Assembly (NCBI GenBank): GCA_011620275.1
Contig: WOZK01000004.1
Location: 21,931-85,930 of the forward strand
DNA: 64,000 bases
Direction of reading: 5' to 3'
Source of the DNA: Candidatus Omnitrophota bacterium
GTDB lineage: Bacteria; Omnitrophota; Gorgyraeia; Gygaellales; Profunditerraquicolaceae
Position 1 is the first letter of the stretch. Each line of letters begins with the position of its first letter. Below, one piece after another: positions 21,046-28,910 of the stretch. The notes beneath the pieces are model-generated. The model did not search any database, was not told the DNA's origin, and saw nothing but the letters and a program-made list of their open reading frames with translations. Made by a program: the position numbers and the translations under genes.

Positions 21046-21762
21046 TTAGGACTGGTCCTCGCTGGACATACAGGATAAATTACGTTCGATGAAACTTATC
21101 AACTTTCCCTGCCCGGAGTAGGAAAGATTGCAGAACTCCACACCCATACCGGGGAATATGTTCTTCTGTATCTGCTTATCCGGCAGCCATACCACCTTGG
21201 CTTCCAATTCCAGGTCCTCCTGTTTCGGCGGCAGCTTGATCTTAAGGACTACAGCATCTCCCAGCTTTAATTTGTCCACGCCGTACACATAGGCGCCCAC
21301 CGCGCTGAGATTGAGTATATCCACGTGCGCTTTGCCTCCAGCGTATTCCAGTTCCGCCTTTATATCCAGCGGCAGGCGTTTGAACCTCCTGCGCAGCTGC
21401 ATCTTTTTTATCTTCTCTATTATACGGTCTTCGCGGAAGCTGTTCTCCGCCAGATCCAGGGAAGGGTACATCTCTATCGTCCTGTCCAGTCCGGAGACCG
21501 AGAAAACATTCCTCAAATGCGAAGGAATACAACAAAAACGCATCCTGCCGTTGTTGTTCACCACTTCCTTATAAGCGATGACGACTACGGAAATCCCCAT
21601 ATAATCCACCGATTCCACTTCCTCGAAATTACAGAGGATGTCGGTATACCCGTCTCTCAGGCACTGCCCGACGGTCTCAATGAAATTGGCGGAATCGACG
21701 TCTACCTTGCCGATCAACTCCATTATGATTATCCCGTTCTTAAGCCCGACGCGTATATCCAT
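21046..21762 (-). CDS. STAS-domain (anti-sigma-factor-antagonist-like) protein fused to a C-terminal PilZ domain
   Basis: N-terminal SpoIIAA-like STAS pattern. C-terminal RRRFKR (RxxxR) and DILNLSAVG (D/NxSxxG) PilZ c-di-GMP-binding signatures. 238 aa. Confidence 0.6.
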   Translation of the reverse strand: MDIRVGLKNGIIIMELIGKVDVDSANFIETVGQCLRDGYTDILCNFEEVESVDYMGISVVVIAYKEVVNNNGRMRFCCIPSHLRNVFSVSGLDRTIEMYPSLDLAENSFREDRIIEKIKKMQLRRRFKRLPLDIKAELEYAGGKAHVDILNLSAVGAYVYGVDKLKLGDAVVLKIKLPPKQEDLELEAKVVWLPDKQIQKNIFPGMGVEFCNLSYSGQGKLISFIERNLSCMSSEDQS

Positions 21763-21849
21763 GATTGTCTCTCCTGGGAGCTTTACGGCTGCCAGCGTAT
21801 GTTGAAAGGTTACCTCGTATATCTAAATTATAACACAAAAACTCCGCTT

Positions 21850-22231
21850 TCACCGTTTCTCCCGCACGAAGAATTCCACGGCGGCGGCAGCGATCCCGGA
21901 TTTCTCACGGTTGAACACCTCGACCTGCAAAGTTACGATATTTTTGCGCACGCGGGTTATCCTGGCCTCGGCAAAAATATCGCCCAGCGCCTGTTTCAGA
22001 AACCTGATGGTAAACTTCATCGTAAGAAAACTGCGCCCGGCATACCTGACCAGCAGAGCGTTGGCCGCGGCTGTGTCGGCAAGAGCGAAGATAGCCCCCC
22101 CCGTGCAGACTACCGTGCGGATTGATAAACCTCCGGGAGAAAGGGAGCTTCAACAGGGCCCGCCCATCCTCCGATTCCAGCACCTTTATGCCCAATAATC
22201 TCTCGAATTCAGCCTGGATTTTCTTTTTCAT
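21850..22231 (-). pseudogene. PaaI/4HBT hotdog-fold thioesterase, broken by a +1 frameshift in a G8 homopolymer (C8 on the plus strand at 22095..22102)
   Basis: Frame 1 gives MKKKIQAEFERLLGIKVLESEDGRALLKLPF...NPHGSLHGG. Removing one G restores ...GAIFALADTAAANALLV...KFTIRFLKQALGDIFAEARITRVRKNIVTLQVEVFNRE..., a full-length thioesterase. Confidence 0.65.
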
Positions 22232-22238
22232 ATTTTAA

Positions 22239-22370
22239 ATTCCGGGGACACGATACTTAATTCCAGAAAACGATAAAAAACCGTGTTAGATTCCGCCATT
22301 TTCTTGCGTCTATTATAACAAAATAGGATTATAACATAAGTTTCCTGATTCCGGGGACACAATACTTAAT
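22239..22370. repeat. Two direct copies of the 23-bp REP-like element (22239..22261 and 22348..22370) upstream of the RAYT gene
   Basis: attccggggacacgatacttaat and attccggggacacaatacttaat. Confidence 0.85.
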
Positions 22371-22471
22371 CCTTTGGGTTCTTAGAAAGATTTTCTTGAG
22401 GCAGCGGCCAAACCTCATTCGCTCCATAGATGACGCGCTTCTTGTATAAACCAACAAAAAGGAGGCTCTCA

Positions 22472-23083
22472 ATGGCAAGGATAGCGAGATTAGTTATACC
22501 CGGAATTCCTCACCATATTGTTGTACAAAGAGGCAATAGACGTCAAGATGTCTTCTTTAACGACGATGACAGGAGGACTTATCTTAATTATCTAAAAACA
22601 TACGCTATGCCTTCAGGGATAGAATTCCTGTCATATTGTTTAATGGAAAATCACGTGCATATTATTGGTGTCCCGAGTAACAAAGATAGTTTCGCCAACG
22701 GTTTCGGAGAAGCACACCGTAGATATACAAGAATGATTAATTTCAGAAAAGGATGGAGAGGATATTTATGGGAGGGCAGATTCAAATCGTACCCCTTAGA
22801 GGGCACTTATTTATATGCCGCGCTTCGTTATATAGAAATGAATCCTGTAAGGGCAAAAATGGTGAAGAACGCCTGGGACTATCCTTGGTCAAGCGCAAAA
22901 GCACATGTCCTAAACCACACTGACATTTTACTAACCAATAATTGTATCGCTCCGGTAGTGGAGGACTGGAGATCATTTCTTTCTGAAGATGACAAACAAG
23001 ATACCGTCAACTTATTAGAAACGCATTTGATGAGCGGACGGCCGTTGGGAGATAATAAATTTATTGAGAAGTTAAAAAACTAA
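22472..23083 (+). CDS. REP-associated tyrosine transposase (RAYT; IS200/IS605-like Y1 HUH transposase)
   Basis: HUH motif NHVHIIGVP. RAYT signature YIEMNPVRAKMV with catalytic Tyr. N-terminal IPHHIVQRGNRRQDVFF. AGGAGG SD 8 nt upstream. The gene is markedly AT-rich. It is flanked by inverted copies of the 23-bp repeat. Confidence 0.85.
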   Translation: MARIARLVIPGIPHHIVVQRGNRRQDVFFNDDDRRTYLNYLKTYAMPSGIEFLSYCLMENHVHIIGVPSNKDSFANGFGEAHRRYTRMINFRKGWRGYLWEGRFKSYPLEGTYLYAALRYIEMNPVRAKMVKNAWDYPWSSAKAHVLNHTDILLTNNCIAPVVEDWRSFLSEDDKQDTVNLLETHLMSGRPLGDNKFIEKLKN

Positions 23084-23161
23084 CCGGTAAAATACTGTAT
23101 AAACAGAAACCGGGGCCGAAGAAGGCTGAGAATGAAACTCCCCGGGCTGAGCTGCTTAATA

Positions 23162-23184
23162 ATTAAGTATCGTGTCCCCGGAAT
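23162..23184. repeat. 23-bp REP-like element, inverted copy downstream of the RAYT gene
   Basis: attaagtatcgtgtccccggaat. Confidence 0.85.
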
Positions 23185-23194
23185 TACGAGCAAG

Positions 23195-23268
23195 TGCGCC
23201 TGGCAGGACTCGAACCTGCAACGCCCAGCTCCGAAGGCTGGCGCTCTATCCAATTGAGCTACAGGCGC
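23195..23268 (-). tRNA. tRNA-Arg (anticodon TCG)
   Basis: Manual fold gives a 7-bp acceptor stem, a D-arm GTAGCTCAATTGGATAGAGC typical of Arg tRNAs, anticodon loop CTTCGGA and T-arm GGTTCGAGTCC. CCA is not encoded. Confidence 0.8.
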
Positions 23269-23282
23269 GCAAAGAGACTTTA

Positions 23283-24125
23283 TTATACCGCTTCCGCCGA
23301 CGGTCCGAGCACGCGCATAATTTCTTCTATCCTCCGCTTGTCCAAAGGAATAACGCCTTCTTCCGCCGGCTTGCGCACCGGGGAATTAACCTGGATTTTG
23401 TCCGGCTTTATGCGTTCCACGGCCTGCTTCAACCCGACGATATCCTCCGGTGAGTCGTTAAGGCCGCGCACAAGCATTATTTCCAGCCAGATCTTACCGG
23501 GATATTCCTTCCGGAATTCCTCCAGAGCGTTTATTATATCCGTTATCCTTGTCCCGGGGACCGGGCGGTCTATCTTCTCGAAGGTTTCCTGCCTTGCCGC
23601 ATCCAGGGAAGGCACCACCAGATCAGCTGACATTAGTTCTTTACGAATCGAAGGCGATACCAGCATGGAGGAATTAGTGATCACCGCCACCGGCAGATTT
23701 ACCATTTTCTTTATATCTAAAATAATCTCCCCCAGCTTACTGTTAAGGCAGGGTTCGCCTGTGCCGGCGATGGTCACGTAACTCAGTTGGGCAGCGGTAT
23801 CTTTATGCTCATCAAGCCACTCCCGCAGAGCAGAAAGCACCTGCCCGGCAGAAGAATATTCTTTTCGTTCTCCGGTCCGCATAGTCGTCCTGCCCGCCTG
23901 GCAATATACGCAGTCAAAACTGCAGATCTTGTAAGGAGTAAGATTGATCCCCAGAGAAAGACCGAGCCTGCGTGAGTTTATCGGACCGTAGATATACAAG
24001 TTTTTGCCGCGAATCATAATAAATCCGGGTTCCGGGTTATAGGCGCCGGGTTCTGAAATACCGAAGCACGAAAGAAGACGGACGAAGACCGCTTCTAAAT
24101 CAGAGGCATAGCGGGAAGCGGTCAT
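23283..24125 (-). CDS. Radical SAM protein (CxxxCxxC: CSFDCVYC), function unknown
   Basis: GPINSRRLGLSLGINLTPYKICSFDCVYCQ radical-SAM core, 280 aa. Subfamily not assigned. Confidence 0.7.
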   Translation of the reverse strand: MTASRYASDLEAVFVRLLSCFGISEPGAYNPEPGFIMIRGKNLYIYGPINSRRLGLSLGINLTPYKICSFDCVYCQAGRTTMRTGERKEYSSAGQVLSALREWLDEHKDTAAQLSYVTIAGTGEPCLNSKLGEIILDIKKMVNLPVAVITNSSMLVSPSIRKELMSADLVVPSLDAARQETFEKIDRPVPGTRITDIINALEEFRKEYPGKIWLEIMLVRGLNDSPEDIVGLKQAVERIKPDKIQVNSPVRKPAEEGVIPLDKRRIEEIMRVLGPSAEAV

Positions 24126-24182
24126 TCTTCATCTGTATCAGGCTTATTGTTTCCCGACTCCCCTGTCATTAATTAGCTCTAT

Positions 24183-24241
24183 ATAAAAAGAACCCCCGGC
24201 ATCCTTGAGAAGACTTGAGTTTCGCATAAGGAAACCGGGGG
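24183..24241 (-). terminator. Candidate terminator downstream of the CBM48 gene (CCCCCGG...CCGGGGG stem followed by TTCTTTTTAT on the minus strand)
   Basis: 7-bp GC stem with a long (~35 nt) loop, followed by a T-run. The geometry is imperfect. Confidence 0.35.
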
Positions 24242-24246
24242 ATGAA

Positions 24247-24522
24247 TTACTTTACTTCTATTACGGAATTCTGCGTGCCGAATGAATTTATTGCTACCGC
24301 GTTGTTATTGGGATCATTGATCCAGTTGCCATCCACAAAGAACTTGTATTCGTACCTGCCGGGTTTAAGCGATATTTTCGCAGACCAATTACCCTTGCTG
24401 TCTTTCTTAGCTACCGCTCCTTTCAGGTCCCAACTGTTGAAGTCCCCGGCCAAGTTGACCTTCTTCGCTTTCGGCGCGTAAATCTTGAATTGTGTCGGCT
24501 TCTCTGTAACTTTTCTGACCAT
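24247..24522 (-). CDS. Stand-alone CBM48 / glycogen-binding E-set domain protein
   Basis: FKIYAPKAKKVNLAGDFNSWD...YEYKFFVDGNWINDP is the CBM48 / isoamylase N-domain signature. 91 aa. Confidence 0.7.
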   Translation of the reverse strand: MVRKVTEKPTQFKIYAPKAKKVNLAGDFNSWDLKGAVAKKDSKGNWSAKISLKPGRYEYKFFVDGNWINDPNNNAVAINSFGTQNSVIEVK

Positions 24523-24633
24523 CTCTCCCTCCTTTTATAAATTTAATTTACACGAGTATGAGATGGATGTCAAGATTTTTTCACTCGTAGACGTAACGCA
24601 AGTCGGTGTCCCGTCGATAATAAAGAAAAAAAC

Positions 24634-25437
24634 TTATACGGCAGTTATAATGAGCCCCTTGCGCTCGGCAAGGGCAAGAGAAGCATCCTTGTCGATGAAA
24701 AGCGTCTTGCCGGCTTCTATCGCCAGGCACGCCGCGCCGCAACGCAGCAATGTTTTCACGGTGCACAAACCCACCACCGGGACGTCGAACCTGGGGTCCT
24801 GCTTGGGCTTGCTCACCTTAACCACGGTAAAACCGCGGCCGGCTATTTTCCCGGCGCGACGGATAAGATTATCCGTACCTTCAAAAGCTTCCACCCCCAC
24901 TATCGCCCCGGATTTTACGGCCACGCTCTGCCCTATATCGAGGCCGGCTACTTCTTTGGCCAGTTTAAAGCCGAATTCAATATCCTTGAACTGCTCGGGA
25001 GATGGCTCAGGTCCGCAAAGCAGGCCGTGCCCCGGCATCATCTCCCAGAGGAACGCGGTGGAATCGAGAAATTTCACGCCCGATTTCTCCAGATGCCGTA
25101 TAACCGTCGAGAAAATGGTATCCGCCCTTTTATCTTTCATGCCGGCAAGCACTTCTCGCAGCCCGGCGTCGCGCATCACCTCGGCGCTGAAAAGACGGCT
25201 GGGAGAGATCTGCCCGGCCATGACGGCTTCACTTATGCCCTCTCTTTTCATTATATCGCCGAGCCTGCCGAATTCCCGCAGACGCAACCACACCACTTTG
25301 TCCGCGCATTTGTTTATAGCGCGCCAGGCGTCACCTTTAACGGCAAAAGCGACAACTTTATACCCCCTGTCCCGCGCCGCCCGCGCGAATATAAGAGGCA
25401 ATTTCCTGTTTCCTGCTATTAAACCGAGTTCGGACAT
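24634..25437 (-). CDS. lpxI: UDP-2,3-diacylglucosamine pyrophosphatase LpxI (DUF1009 family)
   Basis: N-terminus MSELGLIAGNRKLPLIFARAARDRGYKVVAFAVKGD matches LpxI. 267 aa. It is adjacent to lpxA. Confidence 0.65.
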   Translation of the reverse strand: MSELGLIAGNRKLPLIFARAARDRGYKVVAFAVKGDAWRAINKCADKVVWLRLREFGRLGDIMKREGISEAVMAGQISPSRLFSAEVMRDAGLREVLAGMKDKRADTIFSTVIRHLEKSGVKFLDSTAFLWEMMPGHGLLCGPEPSPEQFKDIEFGFKLAKEVAGLDIGQSVAVKSGAIVGVEAFEGTDNLIRRAGKIAGRGFTVVKVSKPKQDPRFDVPVVGLCTVKTLLRCGAACLAIEAGKTLFIDKDASLALAERKGLIITAV

Positions 25438-25557
25438 GCTTTATATAAATAAGTGTATCTATGATTTATCATGCTTCGTGCTTCACGCTGCGCGCCGCAA
25501 GCTTTTTACCTTTTACACGCCAAAGATCGGTTTTCAATTGTTAGACTGCGAATTAAT

Positions 25558-26367
25558 TTACTCTGTCTCATCTGCGGCGGAATGCGCCGTGCGGCAGGAA
25601 CGGGCTACGCTTCTCTGCGAATTCTTTATGAAATCGACGAGGTAAGCCGTTTCTTTGGAGAGGGTGTTTTCCGCTTCGAACTTGATTGCTGCCTTGCGCA
25701 GCGGCATCCCGGAATAGAAAATTGCCCGGTAAGCCTTGTTAAGGCCGCCGACGGTCTCTCTGTCGAATCCGTTTCTGCGCAGGCCGATAAAGTTCAAGCC
25801 GTAAACGCGCGCCGGATGTCCGTCGCAGGTGGAATAAGGAGGTATGTCCTGGGTCACTTTGGAACATCCGCCGAGAATGGAAAACTTCCCCACGCGCACG
25901 AACTGGTGAATGGCGACCATGCCGCCGATTATGGCTTTATCTTCCACACACACATGTCCGGCAAGGGTTCCGTTATTGGCGATGACGCAGCCGCTGCCCA
26001 CACGGCAATCGTGCGCCACATGGCAATAGGCCATAAGCAAATTGCCGTCTTCGACGACGGTCTTGCCGCCTTCCCCGGTACCGGGATTTAAAGTGCAGTA
26101 TTCCCTGATGATATTCCTGTCGCCTATAATAAGATAGCTCTTCTCGCCCTTGAACTTAAGGTCCTGGGGCCTGCTGCCGACCACCGCACCGCTGAATATT
26201 TCGCAATCCCGGCCTATGGTCGTATTACCTTCAATAACGCAATGCGCCCCAATCTTGGTGCCCGGGTTGATAGTCACATTATCGCCGATAATGGAGAATG
26301 GCCCGACTTCCACGTCTTCAGCGAGCTTTGCCTTATCTGAAACTATGGCGGTGTTGTGTATTGACAT
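25558..26367 (-). CDS. lpxA: Acyl-ACP--UDP-N-acetylglucosamine O-acyltransferase LpxA
   Basis: MSIHNTAIVSDKAKLAEDVEVGPFSIIG hexapeptide-repeat N-terminus, 269 aa. Confidence 0.9.
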   Translation of the reverse strand: MSIHNTAIVSDKAKLAEDVEVGPFSIIGDNVTINPGTKIGAHCVIEGNTTIGRDCEIFSGAVVGSRPQDLKFKGEKSYLIIGDRNIIREYCTLNPGTGEGGKTVVEDGNLLMAYCHVAHDCRVGSGCVIANNGTLAGHVCVEDKAIIGGMVAIHQFVRVGKFSILGGCSKVTQDIPPYSTCDGHPARVYGLNFIGLRRNGFDRETVGGLNKAYRAIFYSGMPLRKAAIKFEAENTLSKETAYLVDFIKNSQRSVARSCRTAHSAADETE

Positions 26368-26406
26368 ATATGCACTTTCTATATCCGGTTGTTATGCCGG
26401 GAGCCC

Positions 26407-27708
26407 TTATCCAAAAGCGAACATCAGGGTGGCTTCAGCCACCACTTTTCCGTCCACGTAAGCCTTGCCGTAAACCTGCCCGGTCCTGGATTTCACCTTA
26501 CCTGCCGTGACCTCCATCACCAGCCTATCGCCGGGCACCACCACTTTGCGGAACTTTGCGTCGTCTATAGCCATGAAATAAGCGAGCTTGCCGCGGTTCT
26601 CCGCAAAAGAAAGCAGCATTACTCCGCCGACCTGAGCCATCGCCTCCAGGATAAGCACGCCCGGCATCACCGGCTTGCCGGGAAAATGCCCCTGAAAAAA
26701 TGCGTCGTTGATGGTAATGTTTTTTATTCCGACCACCCGTTTGCCTTGCTCCAGATACGTGATCCTGTCCACAAGAAGGAACGGGAAACGGTGCGGCAGC
26801 ACATCCATTATCGCCTGCACGTCCATCACGCAGCCTTCCCCGGAACAAACATTCGCGCCTGCCAAGTTTTTCTGCTTCTGCTGTAATATCGACTTGACCA
26901 TCCTGGCGTTAAGAGAATGGCCGCTCTTGACGGCGATTATGTGGGCCTTCAAAGGCTGCCCGAGCAGGCTGAAGTCCCCGATAAGGTCGAGAACTTTATG
27001 CCTGACGAACTCGTCTGGAAAACGCAGTACATTGCCGACGACGCCTTTTTCCCCGACGACAAGCGTGTTCTCGTAAGTCGCGCCCTTGCCCAGCCCCTGC
27101 TTCTTCAGCTCCTCAGCCTCCTCTTCCAGGCAAAACGTCCTTGCGCCCGCAATGCAGTCGCGAAAGGACTTCTCCGTGATCTCCATATCGAAAAACTGGG
27201 AAGCCAGCATGGGATGTTCGTAATTAAGGGTGTAGGAAACATGGAAATTCTCGCAGGGCACAGCTACCAGGGAAACTCCGGATTCGTTAATATAAATCGG
27301 CTCTGTCAGCGAGTAATAATCCCTTGGTTTATCCAGCGTCTGTATTTCGGCTCTGTCCAGCGCCTTCAGGTATTCCAGCGCGCTGCCGTCGAGGCCGGGC
27401 AATTCCTCGCCGTCGAGTTCTACCACAAGATTGTCTATGCCGCAGGCCGACAGAGCGGCCATCATATGCTCCACGGTATGTATGCTGGCGACGCCGCTGC
27501 CGATAGTGGTGCGGCGCTTGCTGCGCGGATAAGACGAAACGCAGTCAACACTGGCCTTCATCTCCGGCCTATCCGGCAGATCGATCCTCACTATGGTAAC
27601 GCCGCTGTCCGCAGGCGCCGGCTTAAGTGTAACGGCGGCCTTGTTTCCTGTATGCAGGCCTACGCCCGTAATAGTAATCTGTCCTTTTATAGTCTTCTGT
27701 AGATCCAT
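26407..27708 (-). CDS. lpxC: Bifunctional UDP-3-O-acyl-GlcNAc deacetylase LpxC / 3-hydroxyacyl-ACP dehydratase FabZ (fusion)
   Basis: N-terminal LpxC (ITGVGLHTGNKAAVTLKPA...). C-terminal FabZ (LPHRFPFLLVDRI...GHFPGKPVMPGVLILEAMAQ). 433 aa in one frame. Confidence 0.88.
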   Translation of the reverse strand: MDLQKTIKGQITITGVGLHTGNKAAVTLKPAPADSGVTIVRIDLPDRPEMKASVDCVSSYPRSKRRTTIGSGVASIHTVEHMMAALSACGIDNLVVELDGEELPGLDGSALEYLKALDRAEIQTLDKPRDYYSLTEPIYINESGVSLVAVPCENFHVSYTLNYEHPMLASQFFDMEITEKSFRDCIAGARTFCLEEEAEELKKQGLGKGATYENTLVVGEKGVVGNVLRFPDEFVRHKVLDLIGDFSLLGQPLKAHIIAVKSGHSLNARMVKSILQQKQKNLAGANVCSGEGCVMDVQAIMDVLPHRFPFLLVDRITYLEQGKRVVGIKNITINDAFFQGHFPGKPVMPGVLILEAMAQVGGVMLLSFAENRGKLAYFMAIDDAKFRKVVVPGDRLVMEVTAGKVKSRTGQVYGKAYVDGKVVAEATLMFAFG

Positions 27709-27724
27709 TATCTCCCCGCCGGTT

Positions 27725-27770
27725 TATACTTTGACGGCGCTAAAATCGCGCCTTTTAGAACGCGGATAAT
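27725..27770. repeat. 45-bp repeat (family 3), copy 2, in the lpxD to lpxC::fabZ intergenic region
   Basis: tatactttgacggcgctaaaatcgcgccttttagaacgcggataat, near-identical to 20865..20910. Confidence 0.5.
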
Positions 27771-27791
27771 ATATACCACAATAATAAGCAA

Positions 27792-27813
27792 GCCGCGGTC
27801 TTCAGACCGCGGC
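27792..27813 (-). other. Perfect 9-bp-stem hairpin (GCCGCGGTC-TTCA-GACCGCGGC) between lpxD and lpxC::fabZ. Possible intra-operon attenuator or RNA processing site.
   Basis: The palindrome lies directly downstream of the lpxD stop on the minus strand, and is followed by a T-rich segment. Confidence 0.35.
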
Positions 27814-27822
27814 GGGCCGAAT

Positions 27823-28857
27823 TTATTTCAGTCTCGACTCCAATTCTTCTATCTTTTTTTTCAACTCCGCTACGGTCTTGGTAAGCTTCGGAAGATTCTG
27901 CGCGCAGGCATTTATTCTCTGCGTGGACATAAATTCTCTTGCCGGATACCCCGAAACCATCATCCCCGGAGGCACCGACTTGGAGACCCCCGCCTGGGCC
28001 GTGACTATCGCTCCCTCTCCTATAATGATGTGTCCGGCCAACCCTGCCTGCCCGGCTATTATAGCGCCGTCGCCTATTTTGGTACTGCCTGAAATCCCGG
28101 CCTGCGCGATGAGCAACACGTTATTGCCGACGTTAACGTTATGCGCTACCTGCACCAGATTGTCAATCTTGGTCCCGCTGCCGATTACGGTCTTGCCGAA
28201 ACGCGCGCGGTCGATGGCGACATTGGCGCCTATCTCAACGTCGTCTCCGATCACCACCGTCCCGGTCTGCGGTATCTTGTGATGCGCTCCCTTCACGGTA
28301 ACATATCCGAACCCGTCAGAGCCGACCACTGTCCCGCTGTGGATGATCACCCTATCCCCGATGACGATATCTTCTCTGACCGTGACGTTGGGATACAGAA
28401 GACAGCAGGTCCCGATCTTGACCCCGTAACCGATATAACATCCGGAGTAAACAATAGTGTCGTCGCCTACGCTGGCGCCGTCTTCTATAACGGCGTAAGC
28501 GCCGACGGTAACATTCTTGCCCAGGGACGCTCCGGGAGAGACCGCCGCCGCCGGGTGTATTCCCCGGGGATGGCGCGCTTTATTCTCTCCGAACAGCTGG
28601 ACTACCTGCGTGAAAGCCAATGAAGGATTTTCCACCCTGATCAGAGCCGCGCGCTTCGGGGGGGAGACTTGGGGAGACGTTATTACCGCCGACGCACCGG
28701 TTTTCTCCAGAAACGGCGCGTATTTGGAATTGGATAAAAAAGCTATGTCCCCCGGGCGTGCCTCTTCTATGCCGGAAAACCCGGTTATCTCCAGGTCTGC
28801 CGGTCCGATTACTTCGCCGCCGATAATCTCGGCGATTTCTTTGAGGGTCTTACGCAT
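27823..28857 (-). CDS. lpxD: UDP-3-O-acylglucosamine N-acyltransferase LpxD
   Basis: Left-handed beta-helix hexapeptide repeats, 344 aa. The N-terminus MRKTLKEIAEIIGGEV is typical LpxD. Confidence 0.9.
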   Translation of the reverse strand: MRKTLKEIAEIIGGEVIGPADLEITGFSGIEEARPGDIAFLSNSKYAPFLEKTGASAVITSPQVSPPKRAALIRVENPSLAFTQVVQLFGENKARHPRGIHPAAAVSPGASLGKNVTVGAYAVIEDGASVGDDTIVYSGCYIGYGVKIGTCCLLYPNVTVREDIVIGDRVIIHSGTVVGSDGFGYVTVKGAHHKIPQTGTVVIGDDVEIGANVAIDRARFGKTVIGSGTKIDNLVQVAHNVNVGNNVLLIAQAGISGSTKIGDGAIIAGQAGLAGHIIIGEGAIVTAQAGVSKSVPPGMMVSGYPAREFMSTQRINACAQNLPKLTKTVAELKKKIEELESRLK

Positions 28858-28910
28858 AAGCCGGGAGAAAACCCTGCGGGAGAGGGCGCCGCCCTCTCCC
28901 GCGCGGGATC

